DNA of 64,000 nt from Octopus sinensis (taxonomy: Eukaryota), in the NCBI RefSeq assembly GCF_006345805.1, contig NC_043002.1, forward strand, positions 51,274,001 through 51,338,000, in the 5' to 3' direction. This document shows, one piece after another, positions 1 through 13,335 of the stretch (positions within the stretch are counted from its first letter, which is position 1; every line of letters begins with the position of its first letter). The position numbers were made by a program, and so were the translations under genes. A model generated the notes under the pieces. The model was not told where the DNA came from, did not search any database, and saw nothing but the letters and a program-made list of their open reading frames with translations.

Positions 1-63
1 ATGATCCAATATATACCATCCATTGTTTTAGCTCTGACGATCTAACTAAAGACGTTCTTACTA

Positions 64-574
64 CTATCTGCCCCCAGGGAGAGCGGCAGCGTCAGTACCA
101 GCGGAAGCACGTGCGCTGCCACCACTACTAACATCAACACCAAAAACGCCAACAAAAACATGAAGAAATCTCAAATCATTAGCAATAACAATGCAACCAA
201 CATTACCACTACCACCATTACTATCATCATCACCAACGCAACAAACAGCACCGCTAGGAGAACGGATAACCATCACGAGAGCACATAAAAAAGAACACAT
301 AACCATCACAAGAACACATAAGAACGCACAACCATCAATAACGCCACTGCTACCAACATCATCTCTGTTCGCTCCTCAGACATTAAATAGGCAACATTGC
401 TATTGCTAATAGCTCTGCAGTGGCGATACCAACACCAGCACAGGCAACTTAAACAACCACCACACTATCATCACCGCTATCGTGACCATAGCCACTAGCT
501 TCCTCATCGCCTCACCATCACCAAAAACAATAATTTGTCAGCTATCTCGTGCACTTACTCGCACACATACGCAT

Positions 575-639
<65 letters not shown>

Positions 640-804
640 GAGAGAGTGAGAGATGCACACACATCACGCTTATAGACAAAACGGGCATCGCTACCACCAA
701 CCGCCACAAAAACCGCTCATAATCAGAACCAGCGTGGTTATTATTTTTATAACTATGTTATCACCATTAACGACGCCAGCAAGAACTATACCTCCGCCGC
801 AACC

Positions 805-835
<31 letters not shown>

Positions 836-860
836 GCAACAACAACAACAAAAGTAATAA
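64..860. repeat. Degenerate (ACC/AAC/ATC)n triplet low-complexity tract with (GA)n at ~578-652
   Basis: Directly visible simple repeats; the ORFs here are Thr/Pro/Val homopolymer translations. Confidence 0.85.
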
Positions 861-877
861 TACCATCGTTCATGTTA

Positions 878-1107
878 TTGGTTACAAATTGTTGGCACAA
901 AACTAGCAAGTGCCGGAGAGGAGCTAAGTCAATTACATCGACCCCAGTCATCAACTGGCACATTTTTTTTTTATCGAGTACGAAAGAACGAAAGGTAAAA
1001 TCGACTTCAGTGAAATTTGAACCCCGGACGTAGACGTAGAGACGGACGACATGCCGCTAAGCATCTTACCCAGCGTGCTAACGATACTGCCAGTCTGCCG
1101 CTCTTAC
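878..1107 (-). mobile_element. tRNA-derived SINE, family A (Nin/Deu-like central domain)
   Basis: Reverse complement shows A-box TGGCAGTATCG, B-box GGTTCAAATT and the GCCTTTCATCC..GTCGATAAA..CTGGGGTCGATGTAAT-type domain shared with more than 20 copies in the window. Confidence 0.85.
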
Positions 1108-1119
1108 CATCATCCATGA

Positions 1120-1312
1120 TACTAATTTCGCAGGAAGGGATACGTCGATTACATCGACCCTAGTGTTGAAGTGCTACTTAATCTATCAACCTCGAAAGGA
1201 TGAAAGGCAAAGACGACCTCGGCGGAATTTGACTTCAGAATGTAAAGGTGAATGAAATGCCGCTAGCATTTTGTCCAGTGTGGTAATGATTCTGTCAGCT
1301 CTACGCCCAAGT
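1120..1312 (-). mobile_element. SINE family A copy
   Basis: gtcgattacatcgacc...gaaaggatgaaaggcaaagacgacctcggcggaatttgacttcagaa matches the family A consensus. Confidence 0.85.
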
Positions 1313-1453
1313 CATTATCCCTAATATTACAATCAAAAACTCTACTTTTAAATCTGCTTCTACTGAACATCGCTAACTTCACCAATTTTTCTACTAATTT
1401 TACGGCAATAACCACGACTAGGTGACTGTTGATAATGTTTATGGAGTTAGTCC

Positions 1454-3372
1454 AATGATAACACAACGTAACAATTTTCAAGAAAAATTTGTTTATTGTA
1501 TATTTTTTTATAGTTAATCAATCCATTTTTTTCTGTTGATTCCAAAAATGAAATTATTTTTTGGTGTATCATCAACAGTTAAAAAATATATCGACTTTCA
1601 ATGTTATTATATATTCGGTATTGTTATAATATTCCGCTACTAAATGCATGTCTAATTTTCTCTTTCAGACCAATTACTAAGTTCTGTTACTTTCAGGATG
1701 GCTACAAGAGTATGTAGAAGTTCTCCAAGTATATTTTGCTGTGTGTGGTTATTATATTGGAAGAAAGCGGGTATTACATAAGATCGTGAAAGGTGCCAAA
1801 TTGTGGATAAGTACAGACTCTATTTCGGGATGCCCATGGGTGACCAGGACAAACCATGGGCCCCACATGTGATATGTGGAAGCTGTCGATCTACTCTAGA
1901 AGGATGGTTAAGAGGTACAGGAAGGTCAATGTCTTTTGCCATTCCAAGGGTATGGAGAGAGCCAAAGAACCATCACGATGACTGTTACTTTTGTATGATC
2001 GATGTGACAAAGTACAGAAAAGTGAAAGAAGACAAGCTCTTCAGTATCCAGACATACTATCATCTAGAGCACCTGTCCCACATGATGACAGTTCACAAGT
2101 ACCACTACTACCAGGAAATATTTCATCTGAAGAGTCAACAAGTAGTAGCTCAACACGAAGTCTAAAAGCAATGTTGCTCCACAATGGAAATAAATATCCT
2201 TATTTGCCTCTTTACACTCTATACAGAAAACAGAAAATTACTATAATGTCAAAGAGCTTCTCGACAAAATAAATTACGCTGAGTTCAAGTGGGATGTTTG
2301 TGGTGATTTCATGATGCTTGCCGTCTTGTTTGGCTTGCAAGGGGATACACAAAGTATTCATGTTTCCTTTGCTTATGGGGCAGCAGAGCTGATGATGATA
2401 AGAGAGTACATTGGCCTCCGCAAGTGGAACTGCAGCCAGGAATGTTAAATGTTCTCGAACAGCCTCTAGTAGATTCCAACAAAATCTTATTACCCCCACT
2501 TCATATCAAACTCGGATTGGTAAGACAGTTTGTGAAGGCCTTAGATTTTAGAGGAGAAGCATTTCTAGAAATTTGTCTTAATGTTTCCAAAGCTATCTGA
2601 GGCTAAGATCAATGGTGGCATATTTGTTGGGCCCCAAGTAAATGCAATGTTAAAGTCGAAGAAACTGGTAAGATCGATGACAAAAGTTGAAAAAGAAGCT
2701 TGGTATGCATTTCGTGATGTAGTTCGTGGATTCCTAGCAAATCACAAAGATCCTAATTACAAACAGCTGTAGCAAAGCTTATTGAAAACTTCAAGAAAAT
2801 CGGTTGTCGTATGTCCTTAAAGGTTCATTTTTTGCACTCTCACCTAGATTTTTTCCCCCGAGCACTTGGGTGATGTCAGTGAGGAGCATGGTAAGAGATT
2901 TCATCAGGACATCGCAACTATGGAAAGAAGATACCAAGGACGATGGGATGCTGCTATGATGGGAGATTATATATGGTCCCTAGTCAGAAGAGATGAAGGT
3001 ATACACTCCAGAAAATCTCGGTCGTCAAAGCACTTCTCATCTTCAGAAAAAGGTTATCAAGGCATTTACAATGCAGAGTTTTATTGTTTCTTTTTGTTCT
3101 AACTAATATTATACTTCCTAAATACCTTTCAATATATGAAAAAGTACTAAGTGTTGTGTAATTATCCTTACAATACTAGAATAGATTGAACCAACAATGT
3201 GCTGTAGAGAAAAGTTACAAATATAACGAGCAAATATGAAATTAGGAATAAATAAATAACTACCGATGTTACGTCAAAACGAATGTGATTTTTTAATTTA
3301 GTGGCAAAAAATGCATATATGAACATTAAAAAACACAAATAAACAAAACATGTGTTACATTGTGTTATCATT
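1454..3372 (+). mobile_element. Chapaev3-type (CMC superfamily) DNA transposon fossil, internally deleted
   Basis: 20-bp terminal inverted repeats aatgataacacaacgtaaca (1454-1473) and tgttacattgtgttatcatt (3353-3372), 19/20 match, enclosing transposase fragments; family call is from recalled protein motifs. Confidence 0.8.
1698..3102 (+). pseudogene. Chapaev3-like transposase pseudogene (frameshifts, stops, internal deletion)
   Basis: Motifs in order: MATRVCRSSPSIFC; GDQDKPWAPHVICGSC; WREPKNHHDDCYFC; RSLKAMLLHNGNKY; GLQGGYTKYSCFLCLW; LPPLHIKLGLVRQFVKAL; GGIFVGPQ; MSLKVHFLHSHLD; GDVSEEHGKRFHQDIATMERRYQGRWDAAMMGDYIWSL. Confidence 0.88.
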
Positions 3373-3521
3373 TTATTCAATATATTCCCTTCTCAGATTC
3401 ACATACGTATTGGAGCAGTCCTTATGTTTTTCCAAGCCCTGTGAAAGAACTCGGAAGATTGAGCCTCCAGCCAGGACTTTCGCGACTCTCTCAAAGCCAG
3501 GAACTTTTCAGCACCCCCTCG
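3373..3521 (-). mobile_element. Non-autonomous mariner MITE, one end missing
   Basis: TIR ggaacttttcagcaccccctcg followed by TA (3522-3523); body matches the copy at 9710-9888. Confidence 0.75.
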
Positions 3522-3529
3522 TAAATACA

Positions 3530-3625
3530 ATTATATATATAGGCACATACATACATACTTCTATATACATACACATCTACATACATGCATACATACATAC
3601 ATACATACATACATACATACATACA

Positions 3626-3661
<36 letters not shown>

Positions 3662-4390
3662 CATACATACATACATGCATACATATAGAGACATGGTCAC
3701 GTAACATACAAGCACGTATATCCCGGTATAAACCAGTACACACGCAAACGTTAACATATTCAGAAAATAGCTGAAACAATTGTCTTGAATGAAACAAAAA
3801 TCAACATCATTATATTATTGACCGGTTCGAATGAATCTTGCGAGAGAAAACTTAAATCTCATAGAAACACACACACAAACACACTCATACACACGTACAG
3901 CGCACGCGCGTAAAGACACGCACACATACACACACACACACACACACTCACACACAAGCACATGTATGTCTTTGTACGTCTGTGCGTATGTACGTATGTG
4001 TATATGTAGGGCACACACTGTAGAACATTATGTGTATGTATGTGTGCATGTGTGTGTGTGTATACACACATACTTATGTATATGTGTGTATGTTTATGTA
4101 TGTATGTGTGCATACGTATTCATGTATACAATTCTATCTATTCAGTCATACATTCATGCATACTCACACACACCACACACAAATATATACATACATACAT
4201 AAATACATATATACACACACATACATGCATACATGCAGACACACACATACGTGCATGCGTACATACATACATTCATGCATACACACACGCACGTACACAC
4301 GCACATATACGCAAACGCACATACATATGTATACATACACGCATACATGTATGCATACCTGCATACACACACATACACACACACTCTAGA
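3530..4390. repeat. Compound microsatellite (ACAT)n/(CA)n/(TG)n
   Basis: Directly visible. Confidence 0.95.
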
Positions 4391-4689
4391 GAAATGTCAT
4401 TGCAATTTACATATGATTTCCTCAGACAAAACAAATTGATAGATGACGAAGAACGCGGGTATATGTTGGAAGAAACTAATAACAGACTGGGTGTATATAT
4501 AATTCACTTTAACCCAGTGAGGGCTACAACCTTGCCACAAAACATGAATATCTAATTTGTGATTCGGTTTTTATTTCTCCATGCCCCGTAGGCATTGAAA
4601 CAATATCAAGATCAAGAATAGCCATTTTTTTTCTTTTTTCCATTTTTTCTTTTAGTAAAGATAGCAACACCACCAACAGCAATGACGAC

Positions 4690-4887
4690 ACCGCTACTTC
4701 CACCACCACCACCAACAATAACATGGTCAATATTTATGATGAAGACGATGATGGTGGTGGTGGTAGTGGTGGTGGTCCTGATGATCATGATCGATGGTTG
4801 CGGTAATACGGTACAGATGATGGTGCTGATAATGATGGTAGTTGAGGTGGTTACGGCGGTTAAGGTGGTGGTGGTGGGGTGGTGTTG

Positions 4888-4919
<32 letters not shown>

Positions 4920-5000
4920 GGTGGTGGTGGTGGAGGTGGAGGTGGTGGTGGTGGTGGAGGTGGTGGTGGTGGTGGAGGTGGTGATGGTGGAGGTGGTGTT
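4690..5000. repeat. (GGT/GGA/GTT)n triplet repeat
   Basis: Directly visible. Confidence 0.95.
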
Positions 5001-5332
5001 GGTACTTTCAACGCAATGAGCGTACACTTTTGTACGAAGTATTCGATTGAATATATATAAATTCAGTATATCACAATATTTCTTTTTTTTTGCAAAAACC
5101 ACCCGATCACTCCAAAGCGACAAAATGTCTACAACTCTCAATGGCTTTCCCATCACCTTCATACAGTTCTCTCTAGATCTATGTTTTTTCCTTGCCAAAA
5201 ATATGTAATATTTCTCTCTCTCTCCCAGCCTTCATCTTCATTCTCTCTCTTTCTCTCCATATGTATGTATATATATATATATATATATATACATGTAGAT
5301 AGACAGATAGATAGATAGATAAAAACAGATAC

Positions 5333-5377
<45 letters not shown>

Positions 5378-5410
5378 CATGTGTGTGAGTGTACATTCCT
5401 GTCACAAGCT

Positions 5411-5454
5411 GGGACCTTGAAGACTGCCTAAATGCAAGAAAGTATACTAGTCCC
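5411..5454 (+). ncRNA. Degenerate minimal type-I hammerhead ribozyme motif (PLE-associated)
   Basis: Stem I gggac/gtccc; core c-ttgaaga (one extra or altered base); stem II ctgc..gcaa with a mismatch; GAAA at 5438-5441; palindromic stem III agtatact; CUA cleavage triplet. Confidence 0.5.
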
Positions 5455-5623
5455 TTAATATTTGATATTTAATATTTCATCTATTCAATAAGACAATTAA
5501 TACTTCATTTCATTTTTAATATATATACTATATATACTATATATTCTATATTCTACATTAATATTATAAAGAATATAAATAAAACATAACAAACAGACAG
5601 AGTTGGAATTCTTTTGAATAATG

Positions 5624-5678
<55 letters not shown>

Positions 5679-5679
5679 C

Positions 5680-5905
5680 AAATAAAACAAGGAAAATAAA
5701 AACAAAAGCAGCAAATGTAATAAGGACATATACGGCGAATGTATCAGAGGACGCTCAGTTTAAGATTGGAAAAAAAAGGTAGGGTGACGTTCCGAGGTTT
5801 GCGCTTCGTCAGAAAGAGGGAAGAGGAAATGTCTACAGAGATGTTAAAGAATCGCCCGAGAAAAAAAACGTGTTATTACATGGCTGAAGCGACAGGATGT
5901 GTGTG
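5680..5905 (-). mobile_element. Penelope-like element terminal-repeat fragment with a decayed hammerhead at 5781-5817
   Basis: Minus strand reads CTGACGA-agcgcaaacctc-GGAA-C-GTC; abuts a (TA)n array. Confidence 0.4.
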
Positions 5906-5957
5906 TATAAATAAATATATGTGTGTGCGTGTGTTTGTTTGTGTGTGTGTGTGCGCG

Positions 5958-6120
5958 CGATAGACTTCTTCCAGTTTCCACCTATCAAATCCACTCACAA
6001 GGCTTTGGTCGGCTTGAAGTTATTGTAGAAAGCACGAAGATACTTACCGAAGTTACCATGCATGAAACTAAACATGGAACCATGTGGTTGAGAAGCAAAC
6101 TTCTTACCATAGATCCACGG
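5958..6120 (-). mobile_element. SINE family B (CORE-like) 5' half
   Basis: cagtttcc..aaatccactcacaaggctttggtcggc..ggaaccatgtggttg matches other family B copies. Confidence 0.8.
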
Positions 6121-6589
6121 CAGTATCTATGACCATGACTAAGAATTTTTTGAAAATTTTATTCTTTTCTTACTTACTACGGCCCAATCTGAACCAGTGT
6201 ACACCCACCAAAAAAAACTGCTGGGCCCCATTTCGAAATACATAGCATTAGTTCTACCACACTCATGAAAAATTCGGCAGAAGCAATGCTGTTGTATAAA
6301 ATAAAGGCAAAGTACGACAAAGTGTTCGACTTCGATTTAGTTGATAAGAACTTCTAACAACGATAGCGTTATATAGTTTACCATAGACAGATATTGTTGC
6401 CTAGAATATTGTCATTTCAATCACTTGTAAGCTTCCAGCCACCTAAACGTTACAATGTTTGCCTATGAGTAGCGCCACATTAGTCTTGCCGTGGCCCTGT
6501 GTTATATAAAACTTGGAGCCTCCTTGTTAAAAATTACACCAGAATGTCGCGTTGAAGTTAAAATCATATATGACTTCTAATTATTTTAA

Positions 6590-6819
6590 GGCCCATATGA
6601 ATTTTGTATTTTATACTGGCCATATCCGGCCAAAATATTCTATCTGTTTTGTGTCAAAAGTGGCCAGATCCGGCTTCTCACACCTACCCTACAGCTTTAT
6701 TCTTAAAATAAGAAATCACATCATTGAAATCTTGAAGCTATGAGATAATATAAGATTACTTCAAAACAATATGAATCAATAGGCATTACATTTGACAGTC
6801 TAATCTAATTGCTAAAGGG
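6590..6819 (+). mobile_element. piggyBac-like MITE (TTAA target)
   Basis: Ends gctaaaggg|ttaa; body is the reverse complement of the TTAA-flanked copy at 8036-8243. Confidence 0.6.
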
Positions 6820-7649
6820 TTAAGCTTGAGTTTGTTTAGCTTTCCTCGATTTTTAAACTAATAACGTGATCTGCTATTTCAAGCACTTTGGTTGCTCAAC
6901 CTGCAAGAAATAGTAGCCAAATCTCCTTCAAGCTATACCCTAATGTCTTTAAAAAAAGGTACAAGTCACATTAGGTAATGTAATCCGATACACTCATTAA
7001 AAACCAGAGTTGGTCACAGCTCAAATGCTTTAATTGTAGTTCTGCGGGATCAGAGTCGATTATAGGCGAAACGTCATCAACAACAACAACAAACTAATAC
7101 CTGCAGATAATAGTTCTCCTGGGGGTAAAAACCCACAACTCCAAGTAAAAATGTTTTCATAATCGACAAAATATATATAAGGTAAAAATAAAAAATGAAC
7201 GCCATATCTTAACAAATAAGCATAACGATCACCTGATTCAGTACATAGTCATGCACACAAAGTAACACGCATGTACACACAAAGTAATAATACAGTTTTT
7301 TTCCCTCGATGTTGTTGATTTTAACACTAGATTTGTTCTAATTGAGTGGACTTAAAATAAAGGCATTCAGCCGTGACCATTCTGAACTTTTGTTTTTCCG
7401 TTTTTTTCTTTTTCTTTTCCTTCCAAGTTTTGCTGCAACCACAGAATTTAGTGAGTTGTACGTGTTTCTTCTTTTCTCTTTTTTCATTTTTTTCATTTTT
7501 TTTGTGTTTTTCTTTTGCTAAGGCGAAAAATGTATATGTTCGCGACTGAGGTAAAAGCCATCAACTAGTATTTACCAAATTATCAAAATCACTATGTACC
7601 AAAGTAAATTATTTAATCTATCATCCGTATTATTTAATCTACCATCCAC

Positions 7650-7925
7650 TAGGCGCTGCCTAGTGCCTAGGCTGTTGCACTCACGATTGCTAGATCGTGG
7701 GTTCGATTCCCTAACTGGGCGGACCGTTCTGTTCCTGACAAATACACTTCATTTCACGTTGCTCCAGTACCCCTACATCCCTTTCGAGCAGAGGGCATCG
7801 TTGACCACCACGCCTAGCCAGCGGGGTGGCATCATTTGAAGGCTAAAACAATGCAAAAGTGCATTGTGACTAGCGATGTTTGGCAACATCTGATAGCCTG
7901 GTCGGTCATGTGATCACTTGATCAT
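7650..7925 (+). mobile_element. tRNA-derived SINE family C
   Basis: B-box gggttcgattcc, then acacttcatttcacgttgctccagt and cgcctagccagcggggtggcatc shared with 16409-17260. Confidence 0.75.
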
Positions 7926-7974
7926 CCATAAATCCTAAAACAATAATCGAATTATTATAAAAGCGCATCAAAAA

Positions 7975-8365
7975 TCTTTTATTTGTTTACCTGTGTCAGT
8001 CATTGAACTGAGATTATGCTGGGTCACTGCTTTAACCCTGTAGTATTCAAATTGCTTTATCAAATGTAATGCTTATGTATCCACATTGTTTTAAATTTAT
8101 TTCGTAGCTTCAAGATTTCGACCATATGCTTATGGTCTTAGAATGACATTGTAGGGTACAAGTGAGAGACTAGATTTGGCCAGTTAGAATATAAAACAGG
8201 TAGAATATTTAAGCCGGGTGTAGCCGGTTTGAATACTAAAAAGTTAAAGAATTTAATAGGATAACCGATTCTGGTGCTTATTCTATCGGTCTTCTTGGCA
8301 TAACCGTTAAGTTACGTGGACATCAACAAACCAACATTGGCTGTCAAGTGGTAGGAGGACAAGCA

Positions 8366-8400
<35 letters not shown>
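7975..8400 (-). mobile_element. SINE family B 3' half, interrupted by a piggyBac-like MITE
   Basis: cagtcattgaactg..atgctgg before the insert; tgcttattctatcggtc..ccgttaagttacgtggac after it. Confidence 0.7.
8036..8243 (-). mobile_element. piggyBac-like MITE, 208 bp
   Basis: TTAA at 8032-8035 and 8244-8247; imperfect TIRs ccctgtagtattcaaa / tttgaatactaaaaag. Confidence 0.75.
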
Positions 8401-8401
<1 letters not shown>

Positions 8402-8522
8402 CTCATGCATATTATCTTGGTCGAATCGGTCTCTTGCTACTTTGAGTTTCGCCTGTGGGTGTCCAGGGTTTTCAGACATGATATGACTGAAAATAATGAC
8501 GGAATTTGCACAGCTTGATGTA

Positions 8523-8690
8523 GGAGTGGCTGTGTAGTAAGTAACTTGCTTACCAACCACATGGTTCCGGGTTCAGTCCCACTGCGTGGCACCTTGGGAA
8601 AGTGTCTTCTACCATAGCCTCGGGCCGACTAAAGCCTTGTGAGTGGATTTGGTAGACGGAAACTGAAAGAAGCCCGTCGTATATATGTGA
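8523..8690 (+). mobile_element. SINE family B 5' half (tRNA head plus CORE-like domain)
   Basis: ggagtggctgtgtagtaag..gggttcagtccc..gtggcaccttgggaaagtgtctt; the CORE-like segment resembles MIR tgaccttgggcaagt. Confidence 0.88.
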
Positions 8691-8805
8691 GTGTATGTTA
8701 GCTACTACACGCATTTTTTTCTCTCCTTGTTTTTTTTTTCTGTGTATCTTTTTTCTGTGTATCGACGTTGCCTGAAAAGGTGAAACGATGTGCCATGTGT
8801 CAGGT

Positions 8806-8940
8806 GTTGAAGCGATCGGAGAGTAAGGTGAGATAAAGTGTTTTGCTCAAGAACGCAACGCACTACTCGCTTTAGAAATTGAAACCACGGTGACGCGATC
8901 GTGCGTGCAGCACCCTAACCACTACGCCACGCGTCCTCAC
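8806..8940 (-). mobile_element. SINE family C head
   Basis: ataaagtgttttgctcaagaac..aattgaaacc..cctaaccactacgccacgcg. Confidence 0.75.
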
Positions 8941-8965
8941 GTATAGCTATATATTCTTTTATAAT

Positions 8966-9166
8966 TTATTCTTTTATTTGTTCTAGTCAATTGACTGCGG
9001 TTATGTTGGAGCACCGCCTTTAGTCGAGCAAATCGACCCCAGGACTTATTCTTTGTAAGCCTAGTACTTATGCTATCGGTCGCTTTTGCCGAACTGCTAA
9101 ATTATGGAAAAGTAAGCACACCAACATCGGTTGTCAAGCGATGGTGGGGGTACAAACACAAGCACA

Positions 9167-9217
<51 letters not shown>

Positions 9218-9373
9218 GACGGGCTTCTTCAGTTTTCGTCTACCAAATCAACTCACAAAGCTTTGGGTGGCCCGAGGCTATAATAGAAGACACTTGTCCA
9301 ACGTGCCATCCAGTGGGACTGAACTCGGAATCATGTGGTCGGTAAGCAAGCTACTTACCACACAGCCACTCCT
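8966..9373 (-). mobile_element. Full-length SINE family B with internal (TA)n
   Basis: Head, CORE-like segment, internal microsatellite, Nin-like segment and the (ct)tttatt tail are all present. Confidence 0.9.
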
Positions 9374-9709
9374 GTTTTTTATTAATAATCGGCAGAAGTT
9401 ACAGAATGACTCAATGGCCGAGAGTTTTGTGCATTGCCATTTTTTGTCGTAGGATATGATGGTGGTCGGCGCTGGGAATGTTGTAGAATACACTTGCCCA
9501 AGGTGCCGCGCACTAGGACCGAACACGAAAGTATGAACTTGCAAATGAGCTTCTTAACAATACTGCCATGTCTACGCCTAAAGACAAAGAAATGTAGTTG
9601 ATTAAATTTGCCTCAGTACATAACTGAGACTTATTTAATGAAAGCCAGGAGACAATGAACAGCAATGATGACACGGAGATACCACAGAAAGTAAAACAAC
9701 CTAGTTTTA

Positions 9710-9888
9710 CGATGGCGTGCAAAAAATTTCCTGATTTTAAGGGTATCGCGAAAGGCCTGGTTCGGGGCTCAACCTTCGGAGTTTTTTTTACAGGGCTTAG
9801 AAAAACTAAAGGATCGCTGCAATGAGTGTGTGAATTTGAGAGGCTATTTTCTTTTCCTCAACGCCAAGAACTTTTCAGCATATATCTC
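9710..9888 (+). mobile_element. Non-autonomous mariner MITE retaining the transposase C-terminus
   Basis: TA at 9708-9709; degenerate TIRs cgatggcgtgcaaaaaatttcctg / ccaagaacttttcagcatatatc; encodes GLEKLKDRCNECVNL. Confidence 0.7.
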
Positions 9889-9889
9889 A

Positions 9890-10190
9890 AGTTACCTGTT
9901 AAGTACTGCGTGCATAAAATCAGCCGAGCTCTTGCTTCTGATCCTGTCGTTCATGTCGTCAGTCCACATGTGTCTTTGGTGACTTCTTTCTCTCTTTCAC
10001 TCCACACTTTCTGTTATGATGCTATTGAGCAATGGCACATTGCGCTTCGAGTGTCCAAAATGCGAAAGATTTCTGGAATTACTTCTACAGCAGGTGTCTT
10101 TGGATATCAACTTTTCTAGGACTACAGCGTTTGTTATCCTGTCTTCCAAGCTTACTCTAGTCAATCTACGAAAGATCCACAACCCAAAAC
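9890..10190 (-). pseudogene. RTE-clade LINE 3' fragment (RT C-terminal region)
   Basis: CFGLWIFRRLTRVSLEDRITNAVVLEKL..LSHFGH..SVE*KRERSHQRHMWTDD resembles the RTE pattern FEMWCYRR..ISW..HVTN..FGH..GKR.RGR..W.D. Confidence 0.75.
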
Positions 10191-10317
10191 ACATATATAT
10201 TCTTGTATCTATATACTTGTACAGAAGATACTGACTGTGGGTCGAGTGTTCGGTACATTGGCATTTATCAAAGTTTGGTATGTAACAATGCACTCTGACA
10301 TTCCAACAGATAATAGT

Positions 10318-10528
10318 AATAATAATGGTTTCACGTTTTGGCACAAGGCCAGCAATTTTTAAAGTGAGTGGGGAAGTTGATTAGATTAACATCGGTACGT
10401 GACGGGTATTTATTTTATCGGTCACAGAAGAATGAAATACAAAGACGACCACAACGGAATTAGAGCTCAGAACGTAAAGACGGACAAAATGCCGCTAAGC
10501 ATTTTATCCGGGGGGGCTAATGGTTTCG
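10318..10528 (-). mobile_element. SINE family A with (AAT)n tail
   Basis: Matches the family consensus. Confidence 0.8.
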
Positions 10529-10539
10529 AAAGATAGACA

Positions 10540-12410
<1,871 letters not shown>

Positions 12411-12859
12411 ACGCACATGATATGACAGAGGTGATGTAAAACGGTGGCTTCGATATATATTCATAAAACATTCACGCTTGGTTGACTTTGACTTGAAATT
12501 AATCAACTTTTCTGCATGGTTGACTTCAACTTGCAGTTAAATGTAGAAAAATGCAATTTTTGAAGAAGTCGAAATGACAACCATGCAATTTTGAGGTCTT
12601 CGACGGTGCCGAGTTGCCGTCTGTTGTGTTTTGCTGTTTTTTTGTTTTTTTTTGCTATTGTGTTATACTCTGTTTTGGTTGTTCATTTTCTAAATTTTTT
12701 TCTCTCATGCCAAGTGACGTCATAGTTACTTATGGCGTTCTGAACAATTAGGTCAGCTGTCATGACTGGTCGCAAGTTCGAGATGTGCTCCTTCCTGTTA
12801 GTTTCTTGTTTCTTTTCGGGCGCTGGAGGTGGGGGTGGATTTTGCATATTTCATTTTCT

Positions 12860-12890
12860 TTTTGTATTATGAATGTGTATGTGCGCGCAC

Positions 12891-12921
<31 letters not shown>

Positions 12922-13299
12922 TATATTTGCACAAAGAGAGATAGGACACTCACACGCTTGCACACACACACATACACACGCGCATGCACATATTGTGGGT
13001 GTCTTGTCCTGTTTACCATAATTGAAAAGTGTGTTGAAAATTCGTTTGAAACGGGTACCATACACATACACACATATACTAAGTATATGTGATTGTGTGT
13101 GTGTGTGCGCGCGCGCGCGCGCGTGCGTTCGTGTTTGTGCGTTTGCATGCGTTTGTATGTACGTGTATGTGAGCATATATATATATATGTGTGTATATAT
13201 ATATATATTCATATATATATATATATATCCAGATATATGCATGTTTATATATATGCATGCACACACATACATACATACATACATACATACATACATACA

Positions 13300-13334
<35 letters not shown>

Positions 13335-13335
13335 G
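12860..13335. repeat. Compound microsatellite (CA)n/(TG)n/(GC)8/(TA)n/(ACAT)n
   Basis: Directly visible. Confidence 0.95.

Noticed and set aside
4390-4555. Protein-like peptide MSLQFTYDFLRQNKLIDDEERGYMLEETNNRLG
   Set aside because: Short, with no splice donor or recognisable domain; possibly a decayed mariner 3' end but not supportable
4860-5000. G-rich strand as a G-quadruplex regulatory element
   Set aside because: An ordinary (GGT)n microsatellite with only two-G runs and no nearby gene evidence
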